A stretch of DNA of 64,000 nt, from NCBI RefSeq assembly GCF_006345805.1, contig NC_043000.1, positions 156,674,001 to 156,738,000 of the forward strand, in the 5' to 3' direction. The stretch is from Octopus sinensis (lineage: Eukaryota). Of this stretch, positions 52,761 through 64,000 are shown piece by piece. A model generated the notes under the pieces. It was not told the origin of the DNA, searched no databases, and saw only the letters and a program-made list of their open reading frames with translations. Position numbers and translations under genes: made by a program. Position 1 is the first letter of the stretch; the number at the start of each line of letters is the position of its first letter.

Positions 52761-53885
52761 CGTCCCGACTGCATTCTGCAAACTAGTCATCTGTGACTAG
52801 CAGTGCTTAATAAGGTATAGTAAAAGTGCTGTTACAGCCGTTACCTTCAATCTGGAATAAAAAGTTGGCAGGTCAGCTTATTAGATATACTAAAATTACA
52901 CCTCTCCTAAAAGAAAAAAAGTTTCAAAACTTCTGGAATGCACCTCGTACGATTAACACCTGTTCTTGCAGCAACTCTACACCACGCGAAGTCTATTACG
53001 ACTATTATCGTAAGAGCTTTGACCCAATATCAAATGTATTCATAAGATATGATATCTTGAGAATATTAATTGAGAATTACTTAAAACACGACTAATGGTG
53101 GACATTTAGAATCGACATGTTTACAATACCCTTATTATAGAATACTTTCGTTTTGTATTATAGATCGTTAACGGTAATAGCTTATCGTTGCTGTTTTATA
53201 TACTTGTATTTATTTGTGACTCTCTTGGTTTTATTGACACTGTTTTGTGTGAATTTGCCAACAATGCTCAAGTATTCTGTTAAAGCAGTACAATGTCCAT
53301 TGATACTGCCAATGAAGATCGGAATGAATTAAAGCATTCTCCCTTAGCCGAATGCCTGACTAGTCATTATTTGACTTTTGCACAGTAATACAATTACCAA
53401 GCGTTGACGTGTTTCTAAATCATATTACTGAGAAATATCTTTTACAATTACAAATTCCGTAAGTATTAAATAATAGAAGTACCTCCATTAATTTTATGTA
53501 CTGTCGTTTTTGATGCCTTAGTTCTTTATGCCTGCGTAGCATAAAATTGCAGTTAAAATATGAGTGCATTAGGGTTTCAGATATGTTATACAGTGAATTG
53601 GAAAGCTTCAATCAAAGGATTGTGCAAGCAATTAGTAGAACAAACTCCCTCTGGACGTAATTGATATCTTAAAAACAATATACAACGGGGGTGGGGGAAA
53701 GCAATAGACAATAGTAACAAACTTCAATGAGATCAGTTGTTCATGTTTATTTTGGTTAATGTAGAAAATGCAGGCTTGCCATTTCAGGCCAAGTAGCGAA
53801 AGTAACGAAGATATTTCGGTGTTAATAAAGCTCTTTGTTGAATCATAATTCTACAATGTCAACAAGACTTAGAGGTGATCAGGAC

Positions 53886-53916
<31 letters not shown>

Positions 53917-54186
53917 TGTATGTATGTATGTATGTATGTATGTATGTATGTATGTATGTATATGTAATGTATGTATGTGTATGTATGTGGTATTACTATC
54001 TTATCTTTCTGCCTTCCTGTCTGTCTGTCTGTTTGTCTATCTGCCTGATTGTCTGTCTATCTATCTATCTATCTATTTATCTATCTATCTATTTATCTTT
54101 TTGTGTGTCCGTCTTTCTGTATGTATGTATGTACGTATGTATGTAGGTAGGTATGTAAGTATGTATGTATGTATCTATCAATCTAT

Positions 54187-54288
<102 letters not shown>

Positions 54289-55459
54289 GGCACCGCGAGT
54301 GTCGCGTTGCTCTCAAGCAACTCTGCCGTCCCGGGTCGACCTTGAGTGACTTCAACACAACCAAAGCATTCTATAGGGGATTAGTGGAGGGGAGGTACGA
54401 CGACGAGCTCGGGGCGAACCTGGACGCGTCGACGAGGAGTACCTGACCCGCCTGTTCAGACGACTTTCGGGCCAGGGCCCATGACAACTTCCAGAGATCC
54501 CTGGCCTGGCAGTGCTACCGAGAAGCGCTACCCGTTCGGGATAGCTCTACAGACACGGCTCGAGAAACACGGGGCCGACCTGCCCGAGATGCGGTCAGAG
54601 CGACGAAACCGTTCTGCACGCACTCGTGCAGTGTCCAACAATTTCCGACCTGTGGCTTATGTCGAACAACTGCTGTCACGTGTGGGACGAGTCGGTTTAT
54701 CAGCTGAGTCTATCGTCAATATGGTCACGCCTCCTTCCTTCAAACGGGAAGGAAGAGCTATTTTCATCATCCTTGTGGCTATGGCGAAGAATGTATCTGG
54801 TGGACGCGTCTGAAAGGATTGGAGACAAACACTTTCTCTCTGGTCAATCTCTCATCAACTTCTTCAAGTACCACTTGAAAAGGAAAGTGAGAGTAGAGAG
54901 GCAAGTTTTGTCTAGCGAATGTTTTAAAAAAGATGGGTGAATGTAGCAAGGATGGCACGTATGAATGACGAAGCCACCTTGAGCATATCCTATGAACCCA
55001 GAAATTGAAAAAGAGGGTTACCCACTTGCAAACAAATGTGGTAACATATAACAATATTGACCAAGGTTCCGTGGTCTTTTTCGTAGGCTTTTCTTCCCAC
55101 GGATAAACTTACTTGCTTTCCCCTTTACACCATATATCATAACACTGTGATACACGATCCCTATTGATCGTTCTTTTTTTCCTCTTCCCCTTTTTTTTTT
55201 TTTTTCTTTTTTTTCTCCTTTTTTCATTTCTCTTTCCTTTTGTTTCCTTTTCTTTTCTTTTTTTTTTTTTTCTTTTTATTATTCTTTTTATTTTATTCAA
55301 TTTTTTTTTTTCTTTTCTTCCCCTTTACGATCCCTCTTGATCGAAAACCTACGCCACCCCCTTTTTTTTCTTTTGTTTTTGTTCTCTTCATCCCCCAAAA
55401 AGCTCTACCTTGTAACTTGTCCCATCTGTGTGCAGCCCTGTGTGGCCAATAAAGAAACT
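54289..55459 (+). mobile_element. 5'-truncated Tx1/L1-clade LINE inserted in (TATC)n
   Basis: Frameshifted C-terminal zinc knuckle LAWQCYREALPVRD..TCPRCGQSDETVLHALVQCPTISDLW, 3' UTR ending AATAAAGAAACT; (TATC)n on both sides. Confidence 0.85.
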
Positions 55460-55466
55460 TATCTAT

Positions 55467-55617
<151 letters not shown>

Positions 55618-55814
55618 ACTAACTGTCTATCTATTTATCTATCTATCGATCGATCAATCGATCGATCGGTCTATCTGCCTTGCTAGCATTAATTTATCTA
55701 TCTGTGTGTATATATATAGAGAGAGGGGGAGAGAGAGAAAGAAGGAAAGAAAACGAGAAATAGAATACAGTGATGTTGATTATGTCTATATCTCATATCC
55801 TCAATCTTTTATCT

Positions 55815-56010
55815 TTTAGTTCTTTCAGTCAATAAAGTGCGGCCATGCTGGGGCACCACCGTAAAGAAACTTTTAGACGAATGGCTCGACCCCAGTGCCT
55901 TTTTGTAAGTTTGGTACTTATTGTACCCTACGCTTTTGCTGAACCGTTAGGTTACGGGGACGTACACAAACCACCAGCGATTGCCAAGCGTTGTGGGAGA
56001 CAAACACACA
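55815..56010 (-). mobile_element. SINE family A-related, old 3' half
   Basis: GCGGCCATGCTGGGGCACCACC..GGGGACGTACACAAACC. Confidence 0.65.
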
Positions 56011-57350
56011 CACACACACACGTGTGCGTGTGGGTCTGTGTGTGTGTCTGTGTGTGCATGTGCAATCAAAAAGAAATTATTAATGGTTTTATTTTCGCTT
56101 TTGTGGCTATTGTTCTTAATATAGCTTTTATTGTATGTAGCAATAACGATATTAAGTTTTCAGCCCGATGAATCAGTAACCGGTTCCTATTGCTTTCACA
56201 TCGTTAATTCTCTCGAGGAAAAGATGGGGACCTCCCAAAAAATGTACATAAATGACTGCAGTACACTTTCAGAAATATACTGAGCTCATTCTTAATAGAT
56301 TTGAACAAGTGCGAGATAAAAGAGATGCCTATAACAAGAATTTTCTAAGTGGTCAAATGACCTACTAGAAACAGCAGCTAAGACATCACTTATTTAATAT
56401 ATAATGGTCTTAAGAAATTAAATAAAGTATTGGCTGATCCTCAGATCCAGGCCTACTGAGAATGTCTGGCTAATGTTAGTTCTTCGATATATAGAATAAA
56501 GAAAGTATCGGGTGGACGCTACTCCTATCTACTTATTATAACCTGATGTAGACAAACCTACTCTGAAACACAAGTGGGATAATCTGTTAGGATTTCCGAC
56601 CTAGCTAGTACAGTGGCATTCTATGGGGCCACCAGGTAGTGGAGGGACTGAATGCAGTTTAGCGTTGTATTCAGGCTCTTGATTGTGAAAAACAAATGAT
56701 AAAGGCTATTGGATGCATGAAAATTCTGCAGCCGTCGTCTGCTGCCATCACAGTATTAGGGCTGTAATGGCAGACGACTGTTGCAATTCTGCCTGCTTCG
56801 CTGGAATTTAGGTTTCCTGGCATTGGAGGCTCAATCGATGGTATCACCAAGAGTCTTGCCACGTGTTACCGGAGGTTAGTTGTGAATTAAAGTTTCTATT
56901 ACAGGTTGACTCATACACCGCATGCATATGTATCATCGATGATCCAATAGATACACTGCGTCGGAAAACGGTATTGGCTGACTACGGCTGGTATTCCTTT
57001 AGCAATGATCTACCAATCATAAATCGGAAATAAACAATAGCAATAACATTTCCAAAACCGCATCCCTAAAACCAGGGAAGTGTTTTTCAATGGCGGAGAG
57101 AATTAATAGAATTAAAGATGTTTCAAATTTGTTAAATTATAGTTACAGGCGTGGCTGTGTGGTAAGAAGTTTGCTTGGCACCTTGGGCAAGTGGCTTCTA
57201 CTATGGCCTCGTGTTGACCAAATCATCGTAAAACTCGTCGTATGTATGTGTGTGAGTTTGCGTGTGTTTGTGTGCATGTGAGTGTGTGCGTGTGTGTTTG
57301 TATCCATGTTTGTCCCATACCAATATATATTACCTTATATATATACTGTA

Positions 57351-57406
<56 letters not shown>

Positions 57407-57828
57407 TACATATATATGTATGTATGTATACATATATGCATATATAGAGACACGCATGCGAACACACATATATACATATATATATGTATATATATGTATA
57501 TATGTATATATATATGAATACATATATATATATACTAGCTTAAAAGCAGTCCTGTCAGGCGGCTTTTAAGCTAACTCCTATGGAGGACTCATCATTGGGC
57601 CTTGGGCCCAACAATGACACTTCATGCATTAAGTACATGTTAAGTTTTACTAAACTTGACCAATATTTTTCCAAGCAAAATCCTGTTTGTCTGCATGAGT
57701 GTCTGCATATGTATATATGTATATATATGCATATATTTCTCCCTCGTATACATATGTGCATATATGTATGTGTGTGTAAGAATATAGATAGAAAGGTTGA
57801 CAGATAGATAGATAGATAGAAAGATAGG

Positions 57829-57913
<85 letters not shown>

Positions 57914-58511
57914 GTGAGTGTGTTTGTGCGTGATTCATTTTAACTTGATACATCAACAACATATCAAAGACTGTCTCCCCCAAAATATACTCTAATTCGT
58001 CTAATTCTTAAGGAGGAATCTCATTCCAATGAACATGTTGATAATAGAAATCACAAAAATCTATACGTTGCAAAAGTCGCCGATAGGTGAGTATAAAAGC
58101 CGATATTATATGTTTCTTTACAGGTTGAGGCTGACTTTTAGATCACTAAATGTCAAGCGTCTGTAACTAATTACACAGAAAGATTCCTTATCAATCTATT
58201 CATGTTTGACATCTCTAAAAGTCTCTGTATAGATAAGAGACACTTTACGAATCGTATGTTTGAGCTCACGTTATTTTTTGATGGAGATGAGGAACAAGAA
58301 CAACTCTCTCCGTTTAACATTATTCCTATTTTGCTTGTTTTTTTTTTCTTCTTTTTTTTTTACAACCCTTGTGTCTTTTAGAAAAGCATGGAAAACTCTA
58401 TTTGTTCTTTTATTGTATATTTCTTTATTTCCAGTTCTATTTTCAACGAGGCTCCGTCAAATTTCAGTAGCTGGAAGTTTGGAATTGCTTACCTTATATG
58501 AAGATTTTTAA

Positions 58512-58846
58512 AGGCGCATGGCTCAGTGGTTAGAGCGTCGAGCTTACGATCGTGAGGTTGCGAGCTCGAATCCCGGACCGGGATGTGTGTCGTGTTCTTG
58601 AGCAAGACACTTTATTTCGCGTTGCTCCAGTTCATTCAGCTGTAGAAATGAGTTGCGACGTCACAGGTGCCAAGCTGTATCGGCCCCTTTGCCTTTCCCT
58701 TAGATAACACTGGTGGCGTGGAGAGGGGTGGCCGGTATGCATGGGCGACTGCTGATCTTCCATAAACAATCTTGCCCAGACTTGTGCCTGGGAGGGTAAC
58801 TTTCTAGGTGTAAACCCACGGTCAGTCATGACTGAAGGGGGTCCCA
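58512..58846 (+). mobile_element. tRNA-derived SINE, family D, full length with 16-bp TSD
   Basis: A box TGGCTCAGTGG, B-box-like GCTCGAATCCC; perfect TSD ATATGAAGATTTTTAA at 58496-58511 and 58847-58862. Confidence 0.9.
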
Positions 58847-59164
58847 ATATGAAGATTTTTAACTATTTCACTCCTCCTCTTTTCCCCACTTTCTTCTTTC
58901 CTTTTCTCCTTCTCGCTTTTCTTATTCAAGTGTTTTTTATCTCTCGTGAAACAGACGTGGAATAAGACATAAGTCTTTACAGCGTCATTCTTTCTGCGCG
59001 TATGCTCCTCTTCTTATGGTTAACATTAAGATTGTGTAAACAGCAATACAAAGCATTATTGCAGGGCAATACACTTTAACTCTATATATTAATAATACAT
59101 CGAATAGATTACATGTAGCTTTTTCCAGTGGAGATGGTGATCGTATCATTTACCATAAAATCTG

Positions 59165-59310
59165 ACTTAGCGGTTCGACAGAGGAGACCGATAGTATAAA
59201 TGCTGGGCTTACAAGGATTACGTCCTGGGGTCGATTGCTCGACTAAAGGCAGTGCTCCACCATGGCCGCAGTCAAATGACTGAAACAGGTAAAATAATAA
59301 AAGAATAAAA
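59165..59310 (+). mobile_element. SINE family A, 3' fragment
   Basis: ACTTAGCGGTTCG..CATGGCCGCAGTCAAATGACTGAAAC. Confidence 0.8.
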
Positions 59311-59455
59311 GAATATATATATATATATATTATATATAATAGAAATATATAAATTACTAAGATCTCTGGATCTAATAGCGACAGCTTTAGTCTTATATTT
59401 ATAAGACTGCCATATAGTTGCTGATAACTATATATAATTATACTAATATATATAG

Positions 59456-59532
<77 letters not shown>

Positions 59533-59853
59533 CTACATATTAATACTTAGCAGAAGTAACAGAGTGACTCCAGGTCCGAGAGTTTCGTGGCGTTCGAACT
59601 AATCAATAAAAGTTTAAAGTAACGATTTTTTGCCACCTAATGTAACAGTCTCGTTTTGGGGCGAATGCTATTGCTGTTTAGCTCCAGGAGGCTTCGTCTC
59701 CAGCTGGCTATACGATACACAATCTGTGGCCTTATATTTTCATACAGGAGAGGTTAGCACCCCACCTATACATATACTCATATTTCGAGTTCTATTTTTC
59801 CTGTTTGTATCAACGTACCCACACACACACACACACATACATCTATATAAAAC

Positions 59854-60426
59854 TCGTAGCTACTTTAACATGGCAAACTCTACTGCGATTTTTTTAACCC
59901 TAAGGGGACATACCCTCTAGCTGGTTCTACTGTGATTTTTTTAACCCTAAGGGGACATACCCTCTAGCTGGTTCTACTGCGATTTTTTTAACCCTAAGGG
60001 GACATACCCTCTAGCTGGTTCTACTGCGATTTTTTTAACCCTCTAGCTGGTTAACGATGCACAGATGCATCCGATAAAATTACGGGAAGGGGAGCGAGCC
60101 CCTACTATATCCTGGCGACGGGACCAGTAAACCAGTCCTGGTTTCGGGCTATTTCTGACACTCCTCAATATTTCTATTTCTGACACACCCCGTCTGCTAG
60201 AGACGATAGTAGACAAGTGTCTAGTACTGAGGAGTGGCAGAAATAGGCTGAGACCAGGACTGACCTACTGGTCCCGTCGGTAGGAATGGTAGGGGCTTGT
60301 CCCCCTGTTCGCAATTTTATCGGATGCATCTGTGCATCATTAACCAGATAGAGGAGATGTCCTCTTAGAGTTATAAAATTGCAGTAGGGTTCGCTCGAAA
60401 GGACAGCCATGTTAAAGTGGCTACGA
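59854..60426. mobile_element. Foldback MITE with a tandemly amplified 47-bp sub-terminal unit
   Basis: TCGTAGCTACTTTAACATGGC.. is mirrored by ..GCCATGTTAAAGTGGCTACGA; arms pair almost to the centre; 47-bp unit starts at 59880, 59927, 59974 and 60021 (partial). Confidence 0.85.
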
Positions 60427-60487
60427 ATATTACTTGTCAGTACAACTACTACGTGATCGCTTAGAGAGTTTTTAGAACTATATACAT

Positions 60488-60930
60488 AGGCACAGGAGTG
60501 GCTGTGTGGTAAGTAGCTTGCTTACCAAGGACATGGTTCTGGATTCAGCCCCACTGCGTGGCATCTTGGGCAAGTGTCTTCTGCTATAGCCCCGGGCCGA
60601 CTAATGCCTTGTGGGTGGATTTGGTAGACGGAAACTGAAAGAAGCCTGTCGTATATATGTATATATATATATGTATATATATATATGTATATATATATAT
60701 ATGTATATATATATGTGTGTGTGTGTCTGTGTTTGTCCCGCTAGCATTGCTTGACAACCGATGCTGGTGTGTTTACGTCCCCGTCATCTAGCAGTTCGGC
60801 AAAAGAGTCCGATAGAATAAGTACTGGGCTTACAAAGAATAAGTCCCAGGGTCGATTTGCTCGACTAAAGGCGTTGCTCCAGCATAGCCGCAGTCAAATG
60901 ACTGAAACAAGTAAAAGAATAAAAGAAAAA
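60488..60930 (+). mobile_element. SINE family A, full length
   Basis: Co-linear with 787-1198. Confidence 0.9.
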
Positions 60931-61169
60931 GAATATATATATATTGGATTTATATATATTTAAAAACCTTAATAAAATTAACAAGCTTAAATACAACAAT
61001 TGTTTCTGTGCATTGACAACAGCTGTTAATTTGTTGAGTTTTCCATATCATATAAATAAATATTATATAAATAAATATGGTAGCCGATAACTGTATTGGA
61101 GCTTTGAAAAGCACGTTAAGAGGCGTCACGTACAAACACACACACAGATACACATCTATCTATCTATCT

Positions 61170-61676
61170 TTGAAAAGGAAAGTGAGAGTAGAGAGGCAAG
61201 TTTTGTCTAGCGAATGTTTTAAAAAAAAGATGGGTGAATGTAGCAAGGATGGCACGTATGAATGACGAAGCCACCTTGAACATAATCCTATGAACCCAGA
61301 AATTGAAAACAGAGGGTTGCCCACTTGCAAACAAATATGGTAACATATAACAATATTGACCGAGGTTACCGTGGTCTTTTTCGTAGGCTTTTCTTCCCAC
61401 GGATAAACCTTATCTGCTTCCCCCTTTACACCGTACATCATGACACTGTAATACACGATCCCTATTGATCGTTTTTTTCTCCTCTTCCTCTTTTTTCTTC
61501 TATTTTCTGTTTTCTTTTCTTTTGTTTCTTTTCCTTTTTTCTCTTTTCTTTTTTCCCTTTTACAATCCCTTTTGATCGAAAACCTACGCAACTTTTTTTT
61601 TCATCCCCCAAAAGAAAAGCTCTACCTTGTAATTTGACCCATCTGTGTGCAGCCCTGTGTGGTCAATAAAGAAACC
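61170..61676 (+). mobile_element. Shorter 5'-truncated copy of the Tx1/L1 LINE, again in (TATC)n
   Basis: Matches 54878-55459; preceded by ATCTATCTATCTATCT and followed by (TATC)n. Confidence 0.88.
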
Positions 61677-61717
61677 TATCTATCTATCTATCTATCTATC
61701 TATAGAAAGATAGACAG

Positions 61718-61748
<31 letters not shown>

Positions 61749-64000
61749 CAAACAAGCAGACAGACAGACAGACAGACAGACATATAGATAGATAGATAAA
61801 TAGATAGATAAACACACAGACACGTGTATCTCTCTGTATATGAGTGTGTGCGTGTGTGTGTGTTTGTGCGTGTGTGTGGTTGTGAGCGTATGTGTGTGTG
61901 TGTGCGTGGGTAATAAAATGTATTCCTACATCCATCGACATTACTCCGCCTTTCCACCAAGTTACATACTGCAACTTCTACACCCTAATTCGCTCACAGT
62001 TAATATCAGCGCGGGAGATTACAATATCCAGTAGAGAGCGTGGGGTGACGCAACATCATCATAAGTCCACACCCTGTATATCTTACATATCCTACACCAA
62101 ACGCATGAAATTTCACTAAACCAGTTGCAATACCTCTTCGCCAGATATTTTCTTCGGTTCTGCATACTCACAAGTTGTAGGCAAATTATTTACCGATTTC
62201 TTTCGGATCATATTATCGTTACAGAACACTTGCACATTTATAAAGAAGACAAAAATACTATCACAAAATTCATAAAAAGCAAAATGAAATCATTTCCACC
62301 GTTGAACAAAATGGAAGTTATCGGAATTCAACAACGCCTCCATTATTTATGTAGGCACGGAGCAACGTACATTCAATAAAATAATTATTGATGCATGTAA
62401 AAATAAAATAAAATTAACGCACTAAACTAAGCGGTGTAAAGTTTAAAATTCCAATCATACACCGAAAGTTGCAACCTCATTGAAAGTAGAGGCAACTTCA
62501 AACACAAAACACCTAAAATCAGATACAGACAAATAAAACACAGAATCAAGAAACTAATTACGGAAATAACAACGAAAATAAACTACAGAAATACAGAAAA
62601 CTGATAAACGTTTATATCCAATATGAATTTCAAAAAACATTATTTGGATTAATTACTGGCATGATCAGCAACATCGACCACACCTCATGCCACAATAACA
62701 ACAATACAGTAACAAGTTAACGCCCTTATAAAAACTTTATAAAAAATCAGCCACCAAAATCCACAAAAAAAAAATGTACACACGAAATGTACACACCTTG
62801 TACTAAGGCAACAATTTTAACCCTTTTCTCCCATCAAACATACGAAGGAATTATAACCGTGTTTCGTGATCTGCTACCACAACAGCTCCTTTATAGGATC
62901 CAGATAGCTCAAGACATCATCAGGAAGAACCACATCCGGTTTCGGCCCCTACTCCTCTACCGTTTTGACGTGGCGGGGCCCCCTCTTTCGGTGGTGCCTT
63001 CAGCTCTGGTGTTGGGTGCATGTCTTCTTTCTTCTTCTTTCTTCTGTTCCATGGCCTCTTCGATGTATCATCAGCGAGTGTCAGCCGGTGACTGACTGAC
63101 TTGTCAAATTTTCCCCTTTAAATAGGGGGAAAATTTGACAAGTATTCAGCAAATTTTGATAAGCCTCAGAAGCCGGACAAAATCAAACACATACACTTAA
63201 AATACAAATGGAATCAAGGCACGCATTCACCAACATCTACCAGTAATTGTATCAACACTTGCCCTAAATTTGGAAGCTAGTGAAAATTATATCAACTCTA
63301 AAACTCAAGGAAAAGTCCAAGTAAAATAACATCATACAGAATTTTTAATTTGGTGATAATTCTATATAAGTTCTAGAAAGTCTAATCCTTGATAATTCTA
63401 ACCCACACGTATCTCTTCCAAGTTACTAATTATACTAAGTACCACTACGTTACTTGGAAGCGTAACACAGAGAAAATATGTGATGACTTCAATGATGATA
63501 ATCCTACCATGACTACCACTCAGCCAATGGTAAAACTTCCGGCTCTATTTCCCCTTATCAATTAATTAATACAAAATTATTCAGCACAGTTTATAAAATT
63601 ACAGAAAACACTGGCTAGTCAGCAACCAGTCATGCAGCCAAGCCTATTTAGTAGTGTACAATAACATTTCCAGAATCTGCAATTTTCCAAACAGAGTGAA
63701 ACAGGAATCCTATTCCTTATTTAGTATATTCAACCTTTAACCATTCCGTTTACACACACCTCCACAAAGCACACAGACAACCTTGTACGTAGATGACGTC
63801 ACATATCCTCCTACGATTTTCAGACAACGCTGCTCAACTCGATCCTTGTTGAAATCAGCAAAACTCCCGGCCACCGAAACGACGGCATTAAACTTGCATC
63901 TACCAAATTCGCGCGATCGCTTCTTACCAGCAACACTACAGAACATCAAATAGAGCAAACCATCAAACTCAACACCATATGTTGAGTAACCACGTTTGTA

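Noticed and set aside
58087-58123. Apparent 37-nt intron (GTGAGT...TTTCTTTACAG)
   Set aside because: Good splice-like signals, but very short, and the joined frame stops after about 14 codons with no recognisable protein.
59880-60052. CRISPR-like regular repeats
   Set aside because: The 47-bp units are directly adjacent with no spacers, the context is eukaryotic, and they belong to a MITE arm.
61000-61030. GAAACAATTGTT palindrome on the minus strand
   Set aside because: No upstream CUGANGA core.

Overview
Eukaryotic, AT-rich, almost entirely repeat-derived DNA. The SINE set, microsatellite density and repeat types look most like an Octopus (cephalopod) genome; this is recognition from memory, not a database hit. 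No intact host protein-coding gene can be supported, and nearly all ORFs in the track are translated microsatellites or SINEs. Contents: dozens of tRNA-derived SINEs of about 4 families; decayed LINE fragments (Dong/R4-like, RTE, CR1/L2, Tx1/L1); Tc1/mariner remnants; a full-length but inactivated hAT transposon with TIRs and TSD; a non-autonomous Helitron; a HINE/DINE-like element; several foldback MITEs; and Penelope-like (PLE) remnants. The main discovery is a 2.4-kb array (37543-39947) of five ~480-bp non-coding units. Each unit carries an identical type I hammerhead ribozyme (HHR) motif with a near-palindromic, dimer-type helix III. The array is two oppositely oriented, circularly permuted sub-arrays ending in (TA)n, which makes it a candidate retrozyme or circular-RNA-derived system. 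A solitary HHR with the same unusual architecture but different, still-paired helices lies at 6058-6116, and further PLE-type HHR remnants occur. A second highlight is a Tx1/L1-type LINE whose copies all sit inside (TATC)n microsatellites.
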